From: Azolla caroliniana
Lineage: Eukaryota; Plantae; Polypodiophyta
DNA length: 64,000 nt
Reading direction: 5' to 3'
NCBI GenBank assembly: GCA_043228905.1
Contig: JBHGNT010000013.1
Span: 4,588,001-4,652,000 of the forward strand
Shown: piece by piece, positions 25,118-37,113 of the stretch
Layout: the number at the start of each line of letters is the position of its first letter
Position numbering within the stretch: position 1 is the first letter of the stretch
Notes under the pieces: generated by a model
Told to the model about the DNA's origin: nothing
Databases searched by the model: none
Seen by the model: only the letters and a program-made list of their open reading frames with translations
Program-made: the position numbers and the translations under genes

Positions 25118-25436
25118 CCGGTTCCATTTTGCTTGCCAGTTGGTTCCGGTTTTGCTTACCGGCCGGTTTCCGGTTTTGCTTGCCGGCCGGTTCCAGTTTG
25201 CTTGCCAGTTCCGGTTCCGGTTTTGCTTGCCGATCGGTTCCAGTTTTGCTTACCGATCGGTTTCCAGTTTTGCTTACCAGCCAGTTTCCGGTTTGCATAC
25301 CCGTTCCGGTTCAGGTTTGCTTGCCGATCGATTCCGATTTTGCATACCGACTGGTTTCCGGATTGCATACCGGCCGGTTTCCAGATTGCTTACCGGCCCC
25401 GTTTTCCGGATTTGCTTACCGGCCGGTTTCTGGTTT
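25118..25436. repeat. CCGG-rich minisatellite (~20-27 bp units) in LTR
   Basis: Repeated ccggttttgcttgccggccggtt variants. Confidence 0.9.
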
Positions 25437-25866
25437 TAGGGAATTTGGCCACCATCATCCATTAGGACAAAGTGGCCAAAGTGCTCTTAGCACAAATGAA
25501 AAATGAGGGAGCTCAAGGTGTTTATATAGCCAGGGCCTTAACTTTCCTATCTATGTGGGATAGTTCTAATTTCCCTATCTTCTCAAACTTTATTTTCTCA
25601 TAACTTGATATGTATTTCTCCATTTTGTATATAGTAAAAAACGTTTTGAAGCTCTTGAGTATATCCATCTTTCTATAATACTCTACTAATCTAATCTATA
25701 ATAATTATTTCATTATTTTTTTACATAGTGTGTGAAGATTCACACGACATTCACCCCCACCAAACCTGCACATCCACCGGTATGTGCCAATTGTGTTATT
25801 GAGTTGTATCCTCCTAGTTGAAATCTTTAATCCTTGTCGTAATATTTTCTTTCATTCATAAGCTAA

Positions 25867-27294
25867 CTATCTATGATAGAGATTGACCTTGAACCAACTC
25901 GTTGGTTCCTTATCTTTCTTCTTCCAATGCCACCATGACCATTCTTTCCACCATAACCATGGAGACCATCCAAACCACCAAATCCTTTGTTTGAGCTTTG
26001 CATTGCCATATTTGGTTTTCATGTCCTCTTCTGCCTTCCCGAAGCATAACCCTTCATGCATCATGCAAGTGCTACCTTTATTTCGACCATCGCCATGGTT
26101 AACGCAATTTAGTCTTCCTTCTTTCATCAATCTAGGTTTGTCTTCATTAGACCTCACTTGAACATTGACTTTGACTACTCCTTGTAGCCCATGCTTCAAG
26201 TCCACGCTCACTTTCAAAATCTGGGATGACCACATTTCATGTTTCCCACATCCACCTTTTTCATGGTATGCTCTCGTGTGACAGTTGACCATCGTTTGTT
26301 TGATCTTCACACTAGAATCCCCTTTTGAGTCGGAGCATGGAATCATATCTCGCGGAATACCCTTAGACTTCACTTGACTCGCTTGGCCATTGTCATGCAC
26401 CATTGTGCTTTGTTTGACCTCTTCATCGTATATATCAACATTGACCTTCACTTCCTCGTTACCACCTTTCATCTCTTGGGTCTTTATTTGGTTCGGGTAT
26501 GTCTCTTCGGTGATGGCCCTTTCTCCACCGACGAATATGTTCCCGTCTACCATTTCCCAAATATCTTGAAATAGTGGGGAAGAAGTCTCGGCACACTTGC
26601 CATCCTCCTTCATTGTGTTGTCCATAGCCACCTGTATCTCTAATTCGTTATCTGTGGCCATCTCTTCAAATTCATCGGCCTCATACCCATTGACCTTCTC
26701 AATCGAGCAATCCTCAATTATTCTTCCCTCTTCTTTGCATGTGTTAGTTTTGGCCTTCATTTCCTTGCTCATCATTTGCTTCAGTTTTTGCTCCCTTTGA
26801 AGCTTCTCTTCAGCCTCAACTTGCGCCTTTAAGTTCTCGAATGCCTCTTCCATCAAGACTTCTATGTCGAGTATTGTTGAACCTTCCCTCTTCGAGTTTT
26901 CTTCTTTAGGTGGTAGTTTGTAGTTGCTTCTCGTCCTCTTTTCACCATCCGTAGTACGTTGTGTTGTCACCGATGAGAATCTTGCCTTCCTCTCATCGTG
27001 AAGTCGACATACCCTTTCCACTTTCATCCAATCTTCTGTGAGGCCATTTGCACCATCGTCATCTTCAAGTCAGATTCCAATGGCATTCCTTTCCTTCCGG
27101 TCTATCGATTTCACAAACATTAGGACTTTTTCCACCCCCACCAATCTTTGATCCCCCTCCGAGAGTTGTGCAAAGCGACACTCGAACTCAACGAAAGCAT
27201 GCATGGCACTTTGGTGGGTCTTTAATGATGATACCCATTGATCGAACTCGTATAGTTTGCATCTCTTCGGTTCTTTGTATCTATATGCCTCCAT
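25867..27294 (-). CDS. Gag-like protein of the non-autonomous element (one internal TGA at 27070-27072)
   Basis: ORFs 27070-27294 and 25867-27027 share a frame; starts 24 nt after the PBS; helical gag-like N-terminus (FECRFAQLS..KVLMFVKSID..GLTEDWMKVERVC); acidic middle; Trp-rich end. Confidence 0.7.
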
Positions 27295-27317
27295 GAGATA
27301 TCCTCCTACCGCCTCGT

Positions 27318-27335
27318 TTCACGTTGGGTTCACCA
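27318..27335 (-). other. Primer binding site, tRNA-Trp
   Basis: Plus strand ttcacgttgggttcacca matches the plant tRNA-Trp 3' end TTCACGTCGGGTTCACCA (recalled) with one mismatch, 4 nt from the LTR. Confidence 0.85.
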
Positions 27336-28017
27336 AAGATATCGCGAAAATACGAGGAGGATACGTGAACGTTGAGGCAAGACCCCGGGGCCTTTGTCTA
27401 GAGGATATCAAATTCGTGTATTTATGTACTAAGAATTAACCGAAATGAAAAAGATTAACAAATTTCATTAATAAAAGGGAAAGAAAGATTACAATCAATC
27501 CCAAGATTGGGATTACAAAAGTTTTATCTTATGGAGATGATTAGAATAATAGATTAGAGGAAATAAGAGATTATGATTCTTGAGTGATATGGCTTTGACA
27601 AGGAATTTTGGATTTTGAGAGATTGCTTCCGTATGGAAATTATGGTTTACCTGAGAGATAGCTTCCGTAGGGAAGATTAGGGTTATTGGCTTCGATAAGA
27701 TAAGAGAGCTCCCCAAAGAAAAGAAAAGAAATTTAGATAATATGAAGAGTGCCTCCTAGTGTAGGAAAATAAATAAATAAATATGGAGTTCTCCCTTGAT
27801 CATAGTTTTTTTACTTTTTGTTGCATGGCCTCTACTTTTAGTTGCCTAGCTTTTTAATTTGGTTGCATGTGACTGTCCACATGACCTTTACTTTTTCAAT
27901 GCACTCCCTTCTTTAGTTGCTTGCGTCCAAATGGCCTTTACTTTAGTTCTCTTCACTTTACTTTAGTTTGTTGCATGATCCAATCTTTCGTCCGTCCGCG
28001 TCCAACCTCGTCCGGTA

Positions 28018-28392
28018 GCCGGTTCCATTTTGCTTGCCGGCCGGTTCCAGTTCCGGTTTTGCTTGCCAGCCGGTTCCGGTTCCGGTTTTGCTTGCCGGTT
28101 CCAGTTCCGGTTTTGCTTGCCGACCAGTTTCCAGTTTGCATACCCGTTCCGGTTCCGGTTTGCTTGCCGGCCGGTTCCGGTTTTGCTTACCGGCCGGTTT
28201 GCATACCCGTTCCGATTCCGGTTTTGCTTGCCGGCCGGTTCCGGTTTTGCATACCGGCCGGTTTCCAGATTGCATACCAGCCGGTTTCCGGATTGCATAC
28301 CAGCCAGTTTCCGGATTTGCTTACCGGCCCGTTTCCGGATTAGCTTACCGGACCCGTTTTCCGAATTTGCTTACCGACCGGTTTCCGATTTT
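28018..28392. repeat. CCGG-rich minisatellite in LTR (second copy)
   Basis: Counterpart of 25118-25436 with a different unit count. Confidence 0.9.
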
Positions 28393-29374
28393 AAGGAATT
28401 TGGCCACCATCATCCATCAAGACAAAGTGGCCAAAGTGCTCTTAGCACAAATGAAAAATGAGGGAGCTCAAGGTGTTTATATAGGCAGGGCCTTAACTTT
28501 CCTATCTATGTGGGATAGTTCTAATTTCCCTATCTAATCAAACTTTATTTTCTCATAACTTGGTATGTATTTCTCCATTTTGTATATAGTAAAATACATT
28601 TTGAAGCTCTTGAGTATATCCATCTTTCTATAGTAAGCTACTAATCTAATATATAATAATTATTTCATTATTTTTTTTACATAGTGTGTGAAGATTCACA
28701 CGACACCGAATGGGATCCGGTGATGAATAAAGAGGACCCGGTGAGAACTGGAAGAGAAGACAGATTTGTATATATGTCTTGAATAAGCCCATTGAGGCTA
28801 TATTTGTAAATAGCCCTAAGTTCATATAACTATAAATATGACTTAGGGCAATCACTTTAGGATGTGATTGTGTTTTTGTCATATTGTTGTAACTGTTGTA
28901 TAGAGAGAGAGGGAGAGTGAGAGATACAGAATGATACTCTGTTGTAACCGCCACTGTGCAAAGAAATAGAGCTTGAGGACGTTGCCTCCAAGTCTCTGAT
29001 TGATTGTACCTCCTTCTCTTCATAGTGATAGTTCAAAGTCTGTGGGCTCCCGTGGTTTTTCCCTATTAGGTTTTTCCACGTAAACCTCCTATGTCTTTTT
29101 CTTGTGTACTCTTCACTTCCCATTTCTGTGTTTGATTCTTATAGAAGTGATTAACTACTCGGTTGTGGTCGAGCGATATTCCTGTGCATTTCTCTTCAAA
29201 CTAGTATCAAAGCGAACAACATAGAAAATGGAAGAATCTTACGATGGCATGTTCAAGCTCATCGGCTCCAACTACTTAGTGTGGAAGTCGAAGATGAGGA
29301 ACATGCTGGTGGTTAAAGATCTTTGGTTTGCCGGTTCAGTTCGGGGACAAGAGACCGGATAAGATAGACGCCAC

Positions 29375-30974
29375 CAGGGCAGGAATTTGACGGGTGTCAT
29401 GCCCGTCAAAGGCCATTTTGCCCGTCAAAAACATACACCTACTAAAAATGTCCGTCAAGTGACATATAAAGTATAAAATTTTCCTTTTCATGTGAAAGGC
29501 CCCTTAAAATTATACATGTCAAATGACATGCTAAAATTTTATTTTCTATGTCATTATTCATATATATTATATATATATACCACATATTGTCATATAAAAT
29601 TTAAATATATGTACTATCATACTATCATCTATGTAGTATCAAGATTCAATTTGACTATATAGTATGAAGTGTGTAATATACTAAATTCTAATATATATAT
29701 ATATATATATATATTTATAACACGCTTAAAATAATATCATATAAATTGTAATGATGAATCCTCAAATCAATTTAAATTTTAAACAATAACCTTGGTGCTT
29801 TATTAAATACTCTAAAAAATACTAGAGTGTAGACTAGTCACTCTAGGTTTGATTTTAAGTTTTCTTAAAGTAAATGTTTTACTAACCTACTTTTTTATAC
29901 ATACTTATTACTTATTACTTAATACTTAATACTTATTACTGTGCTTTATTAAAAAATTAGGGTTAGTAATAACTTTTTAGTATAGGAAAAAGGTGAGTAC
30001 TTACTACTTACTACTTACTGTTAGGTAACAAGTTATTTTTCAACTTAAAAATGATTGATTTTATGTAGCCTTTTGTGCAGCAGGAATAGAACAAAGAAAG
30101 ACATCCTTCAACCTTCAACATTTTTTAACTACAGTTTAAAAATGTAAGTTACCATGATCATCTATCATATTATGTTCATTTAGCAAGTTATTATATTGTT
30201 TTTGTATTACCTTAATACCTCTAAAAATAAACTAAAAGTATTTCATTTCAATAAGGTTTGATTTTAAGTTTTTTTAAACTAAATGTTTTACTAACCTATT
30301 GTTTTATACATACTTATTACGTTTTACTATGCTTTATTAAAAAATTAGGGTTAATAATAACTTATTAGTATAGGAAAAGGTGAGTACTTACTATTAGGTA
30401 GCAAGCTATTGTTCCAATTAAAAATTATTGATTCTATGTAGCCTTTTTGTGCAGTGGGAATAGAACAAAAACAGCCTTCAACCTTCAACATTTTTTAACT
30501 ACATTTTAAAAATGTAAGTTACCATGAATATCTATCATATTATGTTCATTTAACAAGTTATTATACAATATTGTTTTTGTATTACCTTAATATATGATGA
30601 TTAAGTATTCGATTTGTATGATTATTTGTTTGAAGCTTATTGTATCCACTTTGCAAGAATGAATTATGATTATGGATACATATATAGTTTGTACTTTGGC
30701 TTAAAAAACATTAACACTTTTTTGGTAAAAAAAAAACATTAACACGATATTTATTTTCTGTATTTCATTATCTTTGCGAGGTAGTTGTGTCTATTTGTGT
30801 ACCTTCTATAGTAATAAAATGTATAATAATGAAGCATCATATAGAACTTTTCATTATAAGAAATTTGTATGTCAAATGACATGTTAATTTTTGCACTCTT
30901 ACGTCATATGACATACATCTTTAAAAAATGCCCGTCAAAAAACTTTAAGACTAACCCGTCAAATTCAGGCCCTG
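29375..30974. mobile_element. Non-autonomous hAT DNA transposon
   Basis: Perfect 8-bp TSD GACGCCAC (29367-29374 / 30975-30982); 21-bp TIR CAGGGC(ag/ct)GAATTTGACGGGT; subterminal ccgtcaa motifs; AT-rich with no transposase; interrupts copia gag. Confidence 0.95.
29845..30590. repeat. ~350-400 bp tandem duplication inside the hAT element
   Basis: aggtttgattttaagttt...ttaccttaata occurs at ~29845-30217 and ~30254-30592. Confidence 0.85.
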
Positions 30975-30983
30975 GACGCCACG

Positions 30984-33900
30984 GTGTGGGAGGTGATGCA
31001 CATGAAGACGGCGACATACATCCGGTGCTTCATCGACATGAGCCTGTACAACAACTTCAATGAAGAGAGCAAGGCTCATGAACTCTGGGAAAAGATTGGC
31101 ATCATGTTCCAGAACAAGAATGCCATTAATCAGGTTTCGGTATTTCGGAAGCTAGTGAGGCTCCGGTATCAAGACAAATCCAGCATGGTGAAGCACATGA
31201 ATGCCTTCCAGGGGCTGATACACCAAGCAACCTCGTTGGAAGTACCTCTCGCCAATGAGTTACTTGCTCTACTCCTGCTCAGTTCCCTCCCGGATAGCTG
31301 GGAGACGTTAGTTGTCATGTTGGGAAACTCCGGGCCAAAACGAAAACAACTATCCCAAGCAAGAGTCAAGTTGAGCTTGCTAGATGAGGAGGTGCGTCGG
31401 AAAGATGAGCTGATCTCCGACGCCAAATCCCTCCTTACCGAATCAGAAACCCGGAAGACAAAGGAATCGGAGTCCCCAGAACCAGGAAAAGTTGGGAACA
31501 TGGTCAAAGTCAAGGCAGGGGCCCACTTGCTTCTATTGCGGCAAGTCGGGGCACTTCCAGAAGAACTGTTGGCATTTCTAGAAAGACAAGGGAACCGACA
31601 ATACCGATTCGAGGAAGTCACCAGACTGAAACGGTTCGGATCGGCGAGGCCCGGACCGGACGGGAACGACGGCAATCGCGGCAAGTGAAGAAGAACTAAT
31701 GCTCATCACCAAGGAGAGTGAGTTGAACCTTTCTGTCGACGAGACAACGTGGGTTATCGATTCAGGAGCATCGTTCCACCTTACCTCGGACCGGAAATGC
31801 TTCTCATCCTACACAACTGGTGAGCACGGCTGTGTTCAGATGGGGAATGAAGGGACATGCTGAATTATCAGCATAGGAGATGTGTTGTTGACAACACCAA
31901 CCGGATGCAAGTTGTTGTTGAAGGATGTCTAACACGTTCCAGAGGTTCGACTGAACCTGATATCAACCGGCCGGCTAGATGATGAAGGCTACAGAGGTAG
32001 TATCCGGAATGGTGTCATGAAGTTCTGCAAAGGGAGCTTAATAGTGGCTCGAGTCTGGAAGGTCAACACACTATACTTGATGAATGCCCAGATATGCCGG
32101 GAAGAAGTTAACGTAGCATCCGACACTACCGGTGAACTGTGGCACAAGAGATTGTGTCACATGAGCGTGAAGGGGATGAAGAGGCTTGCCGATGACAACC
32201 TCATTCCGGTGAAGGATGTGCATCTTGAGAGGTGCACCAACTGCCTAGCTGGTAAACAAAACCGGACCTCCTTCTGATCAAGGTCACCAATGAGACGTAA
32301 TGCATCATTGGAGTTGGTGCATACCGATGTGTGTCAAGTAGACACGAAGTCACATGCTGGATCACATTACTTCGTGATGTTCATAGATGACCACAGCCGG
32401 AAGCTGTGGGTCTAACCATTGAAGACGACGGATCAAGTGTTATCCGTCTTCAAGGAGCTCCACACGATAGTGGAAAGAAAACCGGCCGAAAGCTGAAAGC
32501 GGTTCGACCAGATAACGGAGGAGAATACCGAGGACAGTTCGAGGAGTACTATTGGTCGAAGGGAATCCGGCTCGAATTCACCGTGCCGAAGACGTCGGAA
32601 CCTAACGGGTTGGCCGAAAGGATGAACCGGACCATAATGGAGAGCGTCCAGAGCATGCTCACACATACCAAGTTACCCACGACGTTTTGGGATGAGACGC
32701 TAACGATGGAGACCTATGTGATAAACAGATCACCCTCAGTACCCTTGGACGGAGACTCACCGCAGAAAGTATAAACCGGTAAGGATGTGTCTTATCGGCA
32801 TCTGAAGGTGTTCGGGAGTCTTGCATACATGCATGTGGCGAAGGACAAGAGAGTAAAGGTGGATCCGAAGTCCCGACCATGCATATTCCTTGGATACGGC
32901 GATGATGAGTTCGGTTATTGGGTGTGGGATCTGGTCGACGGAAAGGTGTTCTGGAGTCGGGACATAGTCTTCATGGAAGACAGGACCATTGCCAACTAGG
33001 AGTCGGAGAAGAAAGTAACGAACTCCGGATCATCCATTGAAAATCGGCTTGAGAACAAAAGGATATACCCGGTTGAAAAGCGGATGTTAGCCGGTAACTG
33101 GATGACACTCGACGAATCAGTTGGATACGGACAAGAAACCAAACCGACGGAAGAAGAAGAAGAAGAAGAAGAAGACACTGGAACTAGACAAAATCCCGAA
33201 TCGGATTCGGATTCGCAACAAACGGAGGAACCGGCAATCAGAAACCAAGGACGGAGATATCCTCTCTGGGAGAGAAGAGCCCCCCGAAGATTTCTGGATG
33301 TAGAGCATGTGTTGTTAACCGATGAGGGGGAGCCGGAAAGCCTTGAAGAAGCAAGGGGAGACACCCACAGCCACAAGTAGTTGAGTGCCATGTAGGATGA
33401 GATGGATTCCCTACATGAGAACCACACATACGATTTGGAAAGAGGGCACTCCGGAACAAGTGGGTGTACAAGCTGAAACCGGGAGACGCCGGAAATCCAG
33501 CAAGGTATAAGGACCGAATCGTGGTGAAGGTCTTCTTGCAGAAGAAAGGAGTGGACTTCGATGAGATCTTTGCCCCAGTAGTAAAGATGACATCCATCTG
33601 GACGGTATTGGGCATAACGACAAGCATGGACCTTGAGGTAGAGCAACTGCACGTAAAGACGACATTCCTACACAGAGACCTCGAAGAAGAGATCTACATG
33701 CATCAACTGGAAGGATTTGAGAAGAAAGGGAAGGAGCACCTGGTGTGCCTGCTGAAGAAGAGCTTATACGGACTAAAGCAAGCTCCCCGGCAATGGTACC
33801 GAAAGTTTGACTCCTTCATGACCGATCAAGGGTACCACAAGACACAGGCTGATCACTGCACGTTTGTTAAGAAATTTGATGGAGGAGATTTCCTGGTATT

Positions 33901-34884
33901 GCTCCTGTACGTGGACGACATGTTGATCATCGGATGAGACCAAGTCAAGATACGGATGCTGAAGAAGGCCCTTAACCGGACCTTCTCAATGAAAGACTTG
34001 GGTCCGGCAAGACAGATATTGGGGATGCACATCATTCGGGACCGGTCGAAGAAGCAATTGTGGTTGTTACATGAAAAGTATATGACAAAGGCGCTTCAAT
34101 GGTTTAACATGGCATAAGCAAAACCGGTTGGATCAACAGTCCGACAAACTGCAGATTATCCGGTAAGCAAAGCCCGAAGACAAGGGCAGAGAAGGAATAT
34201 ATGATGAAGATTCCATATGCCTCTGCAGTCGGGAGCTTGATGTACGCAATGGTGTGTACTCGACCGGATATTGGATATGCAGTCAGAGTGGTGAGTCGGT
34301 TCATGAACAACCCTGGAAAAGAGCACTAGAATGCGGTAAAATGGATACTCCGGTACTTGAAGGGCACTTCAAGTATGTGCCTCCGATTCGGCTTCGGTAA
34401 ACCCCTCATGGAAGGCTTTACGGATTCAGATGTGTTGGCTGATGTGGACACCAGCCGGTTAACTTCCGGATATGTCATGACCTATGCAGGGGGAGCCGTT
34501 TCATGGCAATCGAGGCTGTAGAAGACAGTTGCACTATCAACCACGGAGGTGGACTACATGTCAGCCATGGAAGCCAGCAAGGAAATATTATGGATGAAGG
34601 ACTTCATCGGTGAGCTTCGGATCCGGCAAGAGGAATACGGGCTTTATTGCGATAGTCAAAGTGCCATCCACCTTGCAAAGAACGCAACATACCATTCCAG
34701 AATGAAGCACATCTAACGCAGGTACCACTGGATCCGGGAGAGAGTTGAAGATCGAGAGTTCGTTCTGACGAAGATCCACACGGAGGAGAACGGGTCGGAT
34801 ATGCTAACCAAGGTGTTGACACCCGACAAGCTGGATGCATGCCGGAAGCGGATCAGACTTACAAGACATCCCATACCGGAGTGA
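30984..34884 (+). pseudogene. copia B gag-pol (frameshifts and stops)
   Basis: gag 30984-31688, WVIDSGAS, WHKRLCHMS, RPDNGGEY, LYVDDML, RNase H. Confidence 0.92.
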
Positions 34885-34893
34885 AGGGGAGAT

Positions 34894-35486
34894 TGTTGGG
34901 AAGTCGGTCTCTCCAGATGGGATCTTGTGATGAATAAAGAGGATCTGGTGAGATTCGGAAGAGATCTGGAAACCGGAGGAGACCCGGTGAGAACCAGAAG
35001 TGAGCCGGTGAGAACCGGATCGGTGGACCCGGTGAGAACTCGAAGAGAAGACAGATTTTTAAATATGTCTTGAATAAGCCCATTGAGGCTATATTTTTAA
35101 ATAACCCTAAGTTCATATAACTATAAATATGACTTAGGGCAATCACTTTAGGATGTGATTGTGTTGTTGTCAAATTGTTATAACTCTTGTACAGAGAGAG
35201 AGGGAGAGAGAGAGATACAGAGTGATACTCTGTTGTAACCGCCACAGTGCGAGAAACATAGCTTGAGGTCGTTGCCTCAAAGTTTCTGATTGATTGTACC
35301 CCTTCTCTTCATAATGATAGTTCAGAGTCTGTGGGCTCTCGTGGTTTCTCCCTATTAGGGTTTTCCACGTAAACATCTTGTGTCTTTTTATTGTGTACTC
35401 TCCATCTCCCATTTCTGTGTTTGATTCTTATAGAAGTGATTTACTACTTGGTTGTGGCCGAGCGATATTCCGTGCATTTCTCTTCA
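34894..35486 (+). repeat. 3' LTR of copia B
   Basis: Follows PPT gaaggggagat; matches 24424-24446 plus 28710-29198. Confidence 0.93.
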
Positions 35487-35491
35487 CGCAC

Positions 35492-37112
35492 AACAAAGGA
35501 AAGAAAATGGAAGATTCTTTCGGTGGCATGTTCAACTACCCAGTGTGGAAGTTGAAGATGAGGGACATGTTGGTGGTTAAAGATCTCTGGTTGCAGGTAC
35601 AGTTTGGGGATTCTTTCATCGACATGAGCCTGTACAATAAGTTTAATGAAGAGAACAAGGCCAATGAGCTCTGGCAGAAGATCGGCACGATGCTGGCGAA
35701 GTAGAACGTAGTAAATCGGGTCTCGGTATTCCGAAAGATAGTGAGGCTCCGGTATCAAGACGGCGCCAGCATGGCAGAGCATATGAACGCCTTCTAGGGG
35801 CTAATAAACTAGACTACCTTGCGCGGAGTATCGCTAGCCAACGAGGTACTCGAATTGTTATTGTTCAGGTTTATTTCCGGATAGTTGGGAGACATTGGTT
35901 GTGAATCTGGGCAATTCCGGACCGGAAGGAAAGAACTTATCCCTGGTGATAATAAAGTCGAGCTTGCTAAACGAAGAAGCTCACTTGAAGGACTGAGAGT
36001 CTGGATCCGATCCTAAGGCCTTGGTATGGAAGACAACAATAACTTCGGAAGAGGCCGGAATTGGGGCCCTCAGAACCGGGACAAATCGGGGACACGATCG
36101 AAGTCAAGGGGGAGTCCTACGTGCTTCTACTGTAGGAGGTCAAGGCACTTTCAGAAGAATTGCCGACACTTCCGGAAGGAGAAAGGAACCGACATTGTCG
36201 ACTCGAAAAAGGGTCCATATCAAAGAAGGGTCTGGATCAAAGAAGTTCGAATCGGAAAGGAACGTTGGCAAGTGAGGAAGAACTGTTGCTAATCACCGAG
36301 GAGAGTGAGATGCACCTTGTGAGAGACGAGACAACACGGGTTGTCGATTCCGGAGCATCGTTCCGTCTGACCCCCAACAAGAAATGCTTCTCATCCTATA
36401 GCGCCAGAGATCACGGTTGTGTCCAAATGGGAAATGAAGGTGCATGTCGGATTGTCGGAATAGGAGACATGTAGTTGACAACATCAACTGGTTGCAAGTT
36501 GCTGCTTAAAGATGTTTGACACATTCCGGAGGTTCGACTGAACCTGATATTAGTCGGTTGGCTAGATGATGAAGGCTACACCGGTAGCATCCGAAAATGA
36601 GTCATGAAGTTCAACAAAGGGAGCTTGATCGTGGCCCGAGCCCGGAAGATGAACTAGTTGTACCTAATGCATGCCCGGATATGCTGGGAAGAAGTGAATG
36701 TGGTATTTGACATTGCTGGTGAGTTGTGGTAGAAGAGGTTGTGCCACATGAGCCACAAGGGGATGCAGAAACTTGCCAAAGATAACCTCATTCTGTAGGT
36801 GAAAGATGTGCAGCTTGAGAGGTGCACCGATTGCTTGGCCGGCAAGCATAAGCAAACCTCTTTCTGGTCGAGACTGCCGACAAGATGGAAAGAACCACTA
36901 GAGCTTGTGCATACCTATGTATGCCAAGTTGACACGAAGTCACATGCTGGGTAACAGTACTTCGTGGCAGTCACAGATGACCACAATCGGAAGCTATGGG
37001 TCTCACCATTGAAGACGAATGACTAGGTATTATTCGTATCCAAGGAATTCCAAGTGGAAAGGGAAACCCACCGCAAGCTTAAGGCGGTTCGAGCAGACAA
37101 CTGAGGTGAATA
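35492..37112 (+). mobile_element. copia gag-PR-partial integrase; continuation of the LTR/PBS at 24026-24419
   Basis: MEDSFGGMF gag start at ~35507, CFYC knuckle, VVDSGAS; ends at [12 protein letters not shown] against the PAP exon. Confidence 0.88.
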
Positions 37113-37113
37113 T

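Larger units (their letters stand above)
24447..28705 (-). mobile_element. Non-autonomous gag-only gypsy-type LTR element (TR-GAG-like)
   Basis: LTRs 27340-28705 (5') and 24447-25749 (3'); tRNA-Trp PBS; PPT gtgggggtgaa next to 25749; single ORF; no pol; flanks CCGG/CCGA. Confidence 0.9.
24424..35486 (+). mobile_element. Full-length Ty1/copia element (copy B) carrying a nested gypsy and a nested hAT element
   Basis: 5' LTR 24424-24446 plus 28710-29198; PBS 29202-29213; gag-pol 29228-34884; PPT; 3' LTR 34894-35486; TSD CGAAC/CGCAC. Confidence 0.93.

Noticed and set aside
24996-25506. Multiple overlapping ORFs on both strands
   Set aside because: They come from a stop-poor CCGG minisatellite in the LTR; the translations are low-complexity.
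27921-28537. Overlapping 100-167 aa ORFs
   Set aside because: Same LTR minisatellite; not genes.
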